In this document: piece by piece, positions 22,982 through 31,507 of the stretch
How the letters are laid out: every line of letters starts with the position of its first letter
Position numbering within the stretch: the stretch's first letter is position 1
Assembly: GCA_965233585.1 (NCBI GenBank)
Contig: CBDDTI010000745.1
Location: 384,001-448,000 of the forward strand
Direction: 5' to 3'
DNA from: a bacterium
GTDB taxonomy: Bacteria > SAR324 > NAC60-12
DNA: 64,000 nucleotides
Notes under the pieces: generated by a model
Seen by the model: the letters and a program-made list of their open reading frames with translations, nothing else
What the model was told of the DNA's origin: nothing
Databases searched by the model: none
Translations under genes and position numbers: made by a program

Positions 22982-25900
22982 TTAGTCCTCTTCACTGTCT
23001 TTGTTGATAATCTCATACTTTGCCTTTTGCTTTTCTACAATTTCCTCCTTTTGAGAAAAATTTTGCCAATCAGTTTTTGTAATAGATAAATTCAGTTTAT
23101 CCTCCTCTTTCTCCTTAACAAAATCTCTTATTCTTTCCAATATCATGACTCCTTTTCTAGCAATGTTATAAGCTCCATTAGCATCGCTATCTACTGGCAA
23201 AGGAGCTTCACTTGGTTTATAGTTTTTTAACTGCCTACTATCAAAAAAAGGTTCAACAGGAGAAAGGATAAAATCATCTTTATTATTTTGGTCTCCTATA
23301 AAAACTCTCATATCTAAAAGCCGCTTCAAGTAAGCAATCAGTTTTGCTAAAAATTTAGATTCTTCAAATTGTTCTGTTAAATCTTGGCTACAAATAAAAT
23401 CCTTATAATCCTTGTTTTCTAAACCATCTTTTAACTCCTTATTGAATAAATCTACTAGTTTTTGATTGACATCAACTTTGACATTTTTTCTCCATTTGCC
23501 ATTAACTGCTTCTTTATATTCATCTTGTTTTCTTTGTTCTTCCGTTAGTTTAACCTCTTTATATTGCGACCTTTCTACATGACTACAAATAGTCCAAATC
23601 TTATTGATTTTTTCTTCATCTAAATCTTTCTTATCCTCATAAGACCCTGTCATTCCCTTTAGATTTTTTAAATTATAGGTAAATTCAAAAAACTTACCAT
23701 TGTATTTAATAGAATTAAATTTGCTAAAAAACTCTTGAGCTTTTTTAGCCTCGCTATACTTAGGATAAAGTCCTCTCATATATCCCGTGACAGGATCAGT
23801 TTTAGATGTATAACTAGCATCAGTGTAAAACAAAATTCCAGATTGAATTCCTATGTCACTAAAAGTTTTAAATTTATTAGTAAGTTGATAACCTTTTAGG
23901 TAATGTCCTGTTTTCTCAAAATCAGTTTCTTTTTTGTTCACTAAATAGTTAAGTTTATGGATCAATGCCATTTCAAACTTCTGATAAACCTGTTTTTCAA
24001 ATTTAAATCTTCCCCCTTTAAATCCAGCATTTAGGTTTTCTAAAACTACAATCGCATTATGTTTTAAGATTAACTGAGCAAGCTGATGCACGACTTGAGA
24101 AAGATAACCGTTTTTTAAGTCTTTGATGTTTTCTACTTTTTCCCAATTCTCTCTTGCTTTTCCTCTTGCTTTTTGTTTCTCATCTAATTTTTGATGATAA
24201 TCTATTTTTTGAGTTTCTTGACTTCCAGCAGGTTGAAAACCACTGTCAATTTCATTAAAACTTCCTTGTTCTAAAATTTTACCGTCTTTATCAATGACAC
24301 TATAATAAAGTAAATTCTTTTCACCCCTGTCTATCCCGATAATATTAATATCTTGGTAATGTTCTTTAAGAAAATCATTAATATCACTACTAATGTAGTC
24401 TCTCCCCTCGCTTTTAAAATTAATGGTAATCGAACAATGGAATAAAATTTTATCTTCACTATATCTTTTATCCTTTATTATTGGATAGCTGAATTTACTT
24501 TTTAACTCTTGGTAATGATGCCCTTTTTCTCTTTTTTCTTTTGAATAATTTAAAGAAGCCTTACGATAAAAAAGCTCTGCCTGTCCGTTGAGCTTAATAA
24601 CAACATCCTTTAAATTTTGCTCTTCAAATAATGCTTTCCAATAAATTGTATGAAGGTTAGGTCTGCCTTGACTTCTTTTTGAAAAATCTTTACTGTAAAT
24701 TTCAAAGAGATAAAATTTTTGATTTTCTACCATTCTATCCACATAAGATTGTGAGATATTAGAAAATTCTATTTTGTAGCCTTGCTTATTAATATCATCT
24801 GTAAACTCTTTTAGATTGTTGTACTCTTCAGTTTTTTCAAATTTTAAATCTGCCCATTTCCAGTAGCTTAAAGCACATTTTTTATAGTAATCAATAAGTT
24901 TTATCAAATCTTCTTTTACTATATCAGTACCTTTGTATGTTCCTTTTTCTCTTATTTTTTGTATTTCAGGACAATGTTTTTTCCTTATGACATCTAATCC
25001 TTTGGTAAATCTTTCCGCTTTACCATTGACATAAACCAAGTTATGAATATCTAATGCTGGATTAGCAACCTGTTTATAATCCATTTTTTTATACATGGAA
25101 GAATGATCACTTAGCAAGCTCAAATCAATTTCTAACCCCTGTATCTCTTCTTGAAGTATTGATATTTCAGACTTTAATTCTTTGTAAGTTTTTGTTCCTT
25201 CTTTCTTTTCAGAAAGATTTTTTTCTTTCTTTTTAATTTTTTTCTTTTTATCTTCTAAATCTTTCTCTAATTTAGTAAAATCAAAAAGATTTTTATTGTC
25301 TCTGCTCATTATCCCAAGATAATACTTTCCATCTTTGAGCAAAATGACACAAGTATTATCGGTTTCTTTGTTTTTATCCCAACCATTTGCCAACGTAGGA
25401 TTTTCAAAATTCAACTTGTACTTATCTTCATTAAATTCTTTTTTTGTTAAAAAATTTCTCACTTTATTATAGAATTTTGTAATATTATTCCTATCGGAAT
25501 TAGTAAATCTAATCACCGTATCATTCCAAATTTGTTCTTGATTTGCCCCCTTATCCGAATGAGTAAAATCTTTTTCCTTAACATTGAAACTTCTTAAAAA
25601 TCGGTATAAATCTTGTGAAGCGTCAAGATATTTTTTAATACTATTCTTTTCTTCTTGTTCAAAAGGATTTGTTAAACACTTCGCATTTTCTAGAATCTTT
25701 GAGTTTTCTAAATTTCTTAAATGCTCTTTTTGTTGCTTTAACAAATAAGTAAATTTATTCGCCAAATAAGTAAACAAAAAATCTTCTTCTGGCAAATCTT
25801 TTAAAAAAGCTCTTTTCTTTTTTATACCCTCTTGTTGATCTACTTGTCCAAAATTATCTTTTATTGGCTTAATAAATTGAGTATAAAAATTTGCTGATTC

Positions 25901-27616
25901 TTTCTTTTCTTCTTCTCCCAGATTAATCCATTCTCTTTTTTCATTTAACTTTTTCTGTAATTCTCCAAAAGTATAAACTTTTCTTCGGTGTTGCTTTTTG
26001 ACTTCTTTATCGTCAAAACTAGCTAAATACCAAGTTTCAAGACCTTTCCAACTAGATACTAAATCTTGCGAAAAAAACCTTAAAACTTCTTTGCTAACAT
26101 AAACATCATCTAAGTTTAGATGACTTCCATCATCTTTGTTTTGTTCTTTTCCATATTCCAATAATTCTGTAAAAGATAAATCACCGTTCTCTTTTTGAGT
26201 TTTATCTATATCTCTTATAAAATCTTCTTCTTTTTCTACAAATTTTTTTAATTCTTCTATAAGATGTTTATTGTCTTGAATTGTTTCAATGAATGCTCCT
26301 TTTTTACTTAAAATTTGTTTATAAAATTCTTTTAGAGATGGAAAGTTTTTTCTATCACCATCAATCTGTTGCCTTGTCAGATTAATAATTTCATTGAGTC
26401 CTTGTATTTTGGGGTTTTGTTCCTCTGCTTTCTGTCCCCCGATTATCAGATTATAGTCATCTACTCCTGTTTGAGAAAAGAATCTAAAAAAACTTTCAGG
26501 ACTCAAAAAAACTTCTGCTGAAAAATTTAGCTGTCGTTCTACTTTTCCTATTCTTTCCTGAAAATTCCAACTTTTTTCTTCCAGTTGTTTTTTAATTTCT
26601 TCTTTATTTAAGTATTCTTTTAACTTTTGCCATTTCAAAATATTATCAAAATGAAATTTTATATTCTGCTCAAATAAACGAAAAGCAATAGAAGTAGATT
26701 TAAAAATGCTATCTTTATTTTTAGCATTCTTATTTTCAATATCATAAACATTCTGTCTTGTTGTATTAAAGCCAGAAAAATAAGTATGAAAGGCATCAAA
26801 TTTTTTGATTGAATCAGTTACCTCTTGATTGTTAATAAAATATAACCTTAACAAAGTGAACAGATTATCAGTTTTGTCATAAAGATTTTTAGATTCAGAG
26901 AATTTGTAACCCTCGCATTTTTTGAGTTCTTTAATCTCTTTTTTTAAGTTGTTGATTTTTTGTTCCAATTCTTCTTTTTGTTTTATAAACTCTTCTTTCT
27001 GTTCTTTACTTTCCTTTAAAGTTTTTTTAATTTTTTGTTGTAGGTCACCTTTATAACTTTCAAGCTCATTTTTTTCTTCTTGTTTTTCATCAAGAAGATT
27101 TTCAAGATATTCTCTTTGCTCTGTAAAATTTTCTTCCAAAAATTTTGGAGCATTGGTATCAAGAACACTTTTTAAGTGCTTAGCAAGTTGTTTTTGAATT
27201 TCTATAATTTCTTTGTTATTCTTATCAATTTTACTGATAATTGCTTCTTGGTTTTCTGATTGTTTCTTCTTTTTTAGGTTTTTTAACTCTTTTTTTAAAG
27301 TTACATTTTCAGAATACTTTCCATAAAATTTATTAATTTCATCTTTTAATAAATTTTTAATTTCTTCTGACAAATTTTCTTTATCTAAGGCAAAAGATAA
27401 AAAATGACGGTGCAAGTCGTCTATTGCTTTTTTCACTTGCCTATATACCTCTGATTTTTCCCAATCTTCATAAATGAGTGGAGATAAAGGATTATTAAAA
27501 TCACTTTCCTCTTTTAGCTTTCTTATAATTTCTCTAGTCGCTCCCACAGGTTCCAAGCCAAAGCGAAGGGTTTTTTGCAACGAATATTGATTAATGAATT
27601 TTTTGAAAATGCTCAT
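22982..27616 (-). CDS. cas12a: Type V-A effector Cas12a (Cpf1), 1544 aa
   Basis: N-terminal FINQYSLQKTLRFGLEPVG, FYNKVRNFLTKK, KLNFENPTLANGWDKNKE, NLHTIYWKALF, RuvC-I IIGIDRGEKNLLY, RuvC-II IVVLENLN, RuvC-III DSDANGAYNIARKG; all three catalytic acidic residues present. Confidence 0.98.
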   Translation of the reverse strand: MSIFKKFINQYSLQKTLRFGLEPVGATREIIRKLKEESDFNNPLSPLIYEDWEKSEVYRQVKKAIDDLHRHFLSFALDKENLSEEIKNLLKDEINKFYGKYSENVTLKKELKNLKKKKQSENQEAIISKIDKNNKEIIEIQKQLAKHLKSVLDTNAPKFLEENFTEQREYLENLLDEKQEEKNELESYKGDLQQKIKKTLKESKEQKEEFIKQKEELEQKINNLKKEIKELKKCEGYKFSESKNLYDKTDNLFTLLRLYFINNQEVTDSIKKFDAFHTYFSGFNTTRQNVYDIENKNAKNKDSIFKSTSIAFRLFEQNIKFHFDNILKWQKLKEYLNKEEIKKQLEEKSWNFQERIGKVERQLNFSAEVFLSPESFFRFFSQTGVDDYNLIIGGQKAEEQNPKIQGLNEIINLTRQQIDGDRKNFPSLKEFYKQILSKKGAFIETIQDNKHLIEELKKFVEKEEDFIRDIDKTQKENGDLSFTELLEYGKEQNKDDGSHLNLDDVYVSKEVLRFFSQDLVSSWKGLETWYLASFDDKEVKKQHRRKVYTFGELQKKLNEKREWINLGEEEKKESANFYTQFIKPIKDNFGQVDQQEGIKKKRAFLKDLPEEDFLFTYLANKFTYLLKQQKEHLRNLENSKILENAKCLTNPFEQEEKNSIKKYLDASQDLYRFLRSFNVKEKDFTHSDKGANQEQIWNDTVIRFTNSDRNNITKFYNKVRNFLTKKEFNEDKYKLNFENPTLANGWDKNKETDNTCVILLKDGKYYLGIMSRDNKNLFDFTKLEKDLEDKKKKIKKKEKNLSEKKEGTKTYKELKSEISILQEEIQGLEIDLSLLSDHSSMYKKMDYKQVANPALDIHNLVYVNGKAERFTKGLDVIRKKHCPEIQKIREKGTYKGTDIVKEDLIKLIDYYKKCALSYWKWADLKFEKTEEYNNLKEFTDDINKQGYKIEFSNISQSYVDRMVENQKFYLFEIYSKDFSKRSQGRPNLHTIYWKALFEEQNLKDVVIKLNGQAELFYRKASLNYSKEKREKGHHYQELKSKFSYPIIKDKRYSEDKILFHCSITINFKSEGRDYISSDINDFLKEHYQDINIIGIDRGEKNLLYYSVIDKDGKILEQGSFNEIDSGFQPAGSQETQKIDYHQKLDEKQKARGKARENWEKVENIKDLKNGYLSQVVHQLAQLILKHNAIVVLENLNAGFKGGRFKFEKQVYQKFEMALIHKLNYLVNKKETDFEKTGHYLKGYQLTNKFKTFSDIGIQSGILFYTDASYTSKTDPVTGYMRGLYPKYSEAKKAQEFFSKFNSIKYNGKFFEFTYNLKNLKGMTGSYEDKKDLDEEKINKIWTICSHVERSQYKEVKLTEEQRKQDEYKEAVNGKWRKNVKVDVNQKLVDLFNKELKDGLENKDYKDFICSQDLTEQFEESKFLAKLIAYLKRLLDMRVFIGDQNNKDDFILSPVEPFFDSRQLKNYKPSEAPLPVDSDANGAYNIARKGVMILERIRDFVKEKEEDKLNLSITKTDWQNFSQKEEIVEKQKAKYEIINKDSEED

Positions 27617-27654
27617 AATAATTCCTAGAATTGAGTTAATGAAAAAACCAATCA

Positions 27655-27682
27655 GGATAGCATGGCTTTCACAAGAATCAAA
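27655..27682 (-). promoter_or_regulatory. Putative sigma70 promoter for cas12a
   Basis: Minus strand TTGATT-N16-TATCCT with an extended -10 TG, about 40 nt upstream of the ATG. Confidence 0.35.
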
Positions 27683-27863
27683 GATTTTTCTGCCATTTTG
27701 CGAGAGCTGACCCTTGCTGTCTTTGAAGGCAAGCCTTTTGGTGATTTTGCAAAAAAGATTGCAAAGAAGATGAAAAGAGAAAAAGAAGTCAGGCAGATTG
27801 TGTGAATCTGAACGATAGGTTTGGCTGGAATGATAGAGTTTTCTTTGGGACTAAATGAAGAAC

Positions 27864-29015
27864 CTAAATGAAAGAACTTGCAGTCTGGCGTCCCCACCTG
27901 TCAGCTTCAAAATAGCATTCTAAATCTTGGGTATGATGAAAATCCTGACAAGCAGTTTTCCATTGTTGCATGACACGTTGCAGGGTGGTTGCGATGTCAG
28001 TCAAACCGATGTGTTCGTCAAGAAACGCCTTAACAACACACTCATTTGCACCATTCAACACTGCAGGTGCAAGACCTCCCAAAGATGCGGCATCAAGTGC
28101 AATCTGAAAGCAGGGATAACGTTTGTGACAAATCGGCTCAAAATGCAAGGTGTTTAAACCTTGAGCAGACAATCGGGGCAGTTTGAGAGGAAGCCTTTGA
28201 GGAAAGGATAAGCAGTAAGCAATGGGGAGCCGCATGTCTGGTGCAGACATTTGAGCCATCATAGATCCGTCCACGTATTCTACTAAAGAATGCACATGGC
28301 TTTGCCTATGAATCACAGCTTGAAAAGAAGCAAGGGGAATGTCAAACAAATGAGAGGCTTCCATGAGTTCCAAACCCTTGTTCATCATGGTTGCAGAATC
28401 TACCGTAATCTTGTCTCCCATCTCCCAGTTAGGGTGTTGCAAGACTTCATGCCGTTTGACCTTTGGCAGTTGTTCCAGCGGAACATCACGCAAAGCCCCC
28501 CCAGATGCTGTTAACGTGATTTGATGAACATCTTCTTTCTGCTGTCCTTGCAATGTTTGAAAAATGCCATTGTGTTCGCTGTCCACTGGCAAAATCAGGC
28601 TTCCTGAACGTCTAGCTTCACTCATCATCAAATCCCCTGCCAGCACTAAGGATTCTTTGTTTGCCAAAGCAACAGTCTTGCCTGCACAAATCGCCGCGTA
28701 TGTTGACCTTGCCCCTGCAACACCTACAATGGCAGCCACCACAAAATCCACTTGCGAAAGACTCGCCACCTGTTGTAACCCTTCGCTCCCATGCAATAAC
28801 TTCAGATGCTCTGGCAACGCCCCCAAATCTATCTGTTGCTCTGACGCCACACAGGCAAAAGCAGGCTGGAACTCTTGAATTTGAGAATACAAAAGGTCTG
28901 TGTTGGAATAGCAAGTTAAGGCTTCCACTTGGAAGTGTTCAGGGAATTGCCTGACAATGTCCAACGTACTTTGACCAATAGACCCTGTTGAACCCAAAAT
29001 GGCAATCTTTTTCAC
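27864..29015 (-). CDS. dxr: 1-deoxy-D-xylulose-5-phosphate reductoisomerase
   Basis: ILGSTGSIG, LANKESLV, LPVDSEH, HPNWEMGDKITVDSATMMNKGLE. Confidence 0.97.
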   Translation of the reverse strand: MKKIAILGSTGSIGQSTLDIVRQFPEHFQVEALTCYSNTDLLYSQIQEFQPAFACVASEQQIDLGALPEHLKLLHGSEGLQQVASLSQVDFVVAAIVGVAGARSTYAAICAGKTVALANKESLVLAGDLMMSEARRSGSLILPVDSEHNGIFQTLQGQQKEDVHQITLTASGGALRDVPLEQLPKVKRHEVLQHPNWEMGDKITVDSATMMNKGLELMEASHLFDIPLASFQAVIHRQSHVHSLVEYVDGSMMAQMSAPDMRLPIAYCLSFPQRLPLKLPRLSAQGLNTLHFEPICHKRYPCFQIALDAASLGGLAPAVLNGANECVVKAFLDEHIGLTDIATTLQRVMQQWKTACQDFHHTQDLECYFEADRWGRQTASSFI

Positions 29016-29791
29016 AGCACCAAAGCCAAATAATACACTACGACCAAAGAAGGCAATACCGAATCCAGACGGTCCAGCACCCCTCCATGTCCTGCCAAAA
29101 AGTACCCCGAATCTTTCGCGTCACAAAAACGTTTCAAACGAGACTCTATCAAATCTCCCAACTGCCCCACGATTCCAATTGCCACCCCCACAATCAGCGC
29201 ATCAAACAACGATAAAAATTCAACCAAAAGAGGCATTGAAATCACAGCAAAGACAATCCCTGCCAAGACACCACACAACGCACCTTCCACCGTCTTACCC
29301 GGACTCACACCCGGGCAAAGTTTCACCTTCCCCCAACGTTTACCCCCTAAATACGCTGCAGAATCAACAACCCAAATAGACAACACCACCAGCACAAGCA
29401 GACTTGAACCCTCCTGAAGTTGAGACAAAGCAACCAAATGAGCAAGAGGCAAAGGAATCCAAAAGAGAGCCATCGCAAAAAGCAAGTCCTGCCTCCAGTC
29501 TTTCTCTTGCATGAAGCAACTCAAGGCAAACTTAGCCAATACCAAAGCCCATGCAACGAATGGAGAAAACTCTGCAGAACTGACAATCACAATGGAACAA
29601 AATACCATCGTATATTGAGGCAAGCTGATTTGCTGTTTTTTAAGAAGATGACAAAACTCACAAATGGCAACCCCACCCACCATGGCACACAGTCCTATTA
29701 AAATGAAAACGTTGCCATACCCCAATAAAAAGAGCATGCCAAGAGCAATAGGGGTGGCAGACATCAGGCGTTGCTTCATGTCGCTGTTCAT
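29012..29791 (-). CDS. cdsA: Phosphatidate cytidylyltransferase
   Basis: Multi-TM; DSAAY, SPGKTVEG, GDLIESRLKR...KDSG...GHGGVLDRLDS; uppS-cdsA-dxr synteny. Confidence 0.95.
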   Translation of the reverse strand: MNSDMKQRLMSATPIALGMLFLLGYGNVFILIGLCAMVGGVAICEFCHLLKKQQISLPQYTMVFCSIVIVSSAEFSPFVAWALVLAKFALSCFMQEKDWRQDLLFAMALFWIPLPLAHLVALSQLQEGSSLLVLVVLSIWVVDSAAYLGGKRWGKVKLCPGVSPGKTVEGALCGVLAGIVFAVISMPLLVEFLSLFDALIVGVAIGIVGQLGDLIESRLKRFCDAKDSGYFLAGHGGVLDRLDSVLPSLVVVYYLALVL

Positions 29792-30501
29792 TCTGCACCC
29801 ATTCTACGTTGACGTGTCTGATAGTCTGCAATGGCATGTAAAAACTCTTCTCTTCCAAAATCAGGCCACAAGACAGAGGTGAAGTAAAGTTCTGCATAAG
29901 CAGACTGCCACAGTAAAAAGTTAGACAGCCGTTGCTCGTTGCTGGTGCGAATCACCAAATCTAATTCTGGAAGCCCTGCGGTGTAAAGATGTTTGGCAAG
30001 CAAAGGCTCATCAATCGCTTCAATGCTGAAGTCCCCTTGTCTCACCTTATCAGCGATTTTTTGAGTCGCCTGAACCAGCTCATCTCTGCCACCATAGTTG
30101 ACAGCAAGATTCAAAACAAGTCCTGAATTTTGAGCCGTTTGCGTCAGTGCCTCCTTGAGAGAAGCATGAGTAAAAGTTGGCAAATCATGGATCCTACCTG
30201 AAGTTTTAAGGCAGATGTTATGTTCAACCAACGTGCTAAGCTCCTTTTCCAAATATTCTACAAAAAGTTGCATCAGCACATTGACTTCTTCTTTGGGACG
30301 TTTCCAGTTTTCAGTAGAAAACGCATAAAGGGTCAAAGCACGAATGCCAAGTTCCACAGACGTCTCTACAACAGCCCGTACAGATTGGACAGCATTGCGA
30401 TGCCCTTGCGTTTTTTCAAACATTCTTTTAGAAGCCCAGCGACGATTGCCGTCCATGATGATTGCCACATGTTGAGGTAAGTTATCCAAATCTAAATTCA
30501 T
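29788..30501 (-). CDS. uppS: Undecaprenyl diphosphate synthase
   Basis: PQHVAIIMDGNRRWA, YAFSTENWKRP, NYGGRDE, IRTSNEQRLSNFLLWQ; likely start MNLDLDNLP at 30501. Confidence 0.96.
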   Translation of the reverse strand: MNLDLDNLPQHVAIIMDGNRRWASKRMFEKTQGHRNAVQSVRAVVETSVELGIRALTLYAFSTENWKRPKEEVNVLMQLFVEYLEKELSTLVEHNICLKTSGRIHDLPTFTHASLKEALTQTAQNSGLVLNLAVNYGGRDELVQATQKIADKVRQGDFSIEAIDEPLLAKHLYTAGLPELDLVIRTSNEQRLSNFLLWQSAYAELYFTSVLWPDFGREEFLHAIADYQTRQRRMGAE

Positions 30502-30791
30502 ACCAAACAAAAGAAACAGCAAAGGATAGCATAGAACTCTCACAAATGTTAGAACATTTCAAAATTCCTGACTCCATCTTGCCATTTCTACCTTGTCAAA
30601 CTCTCTGCTTAAATCCCAGTTTTTTCTACTCCCCAAGCCCCATTTCATCTATAAAGGGAGGACTCTTTTATAAAGATGATTTGAATTTTTTGAAAGAAAC
30701 ATCTTTTTTTTTGGACTCCTTTTTGCTACAATGGTCAACTTGTCTTTTGTGTTCGTAATTTGATTAACTTATTTATAATTAAGAGGTTCTT

Positions 30792-31481
30792 ATGCTTAAT
30801 TCTTATGCTGAAAATACGTATTATCATATACGTCCTGTTGCAGAGACATCTGTACAGGAAAAAATGACTTTCCTCAAGAAAGTCTATGGACTGCTCACCG
30901 CTTCAATGGTGTCTGCCACTTTAGGCAGTGTGATTGGAATGCAACTTGCTCCCATACTTGCCAGAATGGGATTTTTGACCATCATCTTATGGTTTGGTGC
31001 ATTCTTCTTTCTCAAATATACCGAGCGGAAGCCGGGGCTGAACATGGTAGGGTTGTTTACCTTCACAACGCTTTCAGGACTGATGATTGGACCAATGCTG
31101 ATGATGTATATTTCTGCAGGTATGGGAATGGTCGTTGTGCAGGCATTGGCATTGACTGCTGTGACATTTTTGGGTCTGACAGGCTATGTGATTTTTTCCA
31201 AAAAAGACTTCAGCTTCATGTCAGGTTTTTTAACTGTGGGCATCATCGTTTTGATTGCAGGAGTTCTGATTAACTTGTTTGTGCAAAGCTCTATGATGCA
31301 CTTCGTGTTTTCAGGTCTTGGAGTCTTTTTATTCAGTGGATTTATCCTTTATGACACAAGCAACATCATGCGTCGCCACGACTCTTCAGGTTATGTTGAT
31401 GCTACGGTTTGCTTATTCCTTGATGTGTTTAATCTGTTTGTTCATTTACTGAGCTTACTAGGGATTATGAACCGCGATTAA
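30792..31481 (+). CDS. Bax inhibitor-1/YccA family membrane protein
   Basis: About 7 TM; FLKKVYGLL, KKDFSFM, FILYDTSNI, LFLDVFNLF. Confidence 0.9.
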   Translation: MLNSYAENTYYHIRPVAETSVQEKMTFLKKVYGLLTASMVSATLGSVIGMQLAPILARMGFLTIILWFGAFFFLKYTERKPGLNMVGLFTFTTLSGLMIGPMLMMYISAGMGMVVVQALALTAVTFLGLTGYVIFSKKDFSFMSGFLTVGIIVLIAGVLINLFVQSSMMHFVFSGLGVFLFSGFILYDTSNIMRRHDSSGYVDATVCLFLDVFNLFVHLLSLLGIMNRD

Positions 31482-31507
31482 ACTCAAATGAGGCAGGTAA
31501 CTGGCGA

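Noticed and set aside
22982..27616. Effector as Cas12a2 or a nuclease-dead Cas12
   Set aside because: Cas12a-type REC, WED and Nuc motifs are colinear, no Cys-rich zinc ribbon is seen, and all three RuvC acidic residues are present.
27640..27780. Short similarities between the cas12a upstream region and the CRISPR leader (GATARCATGSCT, TTTCTGCCATT)
   Set aside because: The matches are short and differently spaced; not distinguishable from chance by eye.
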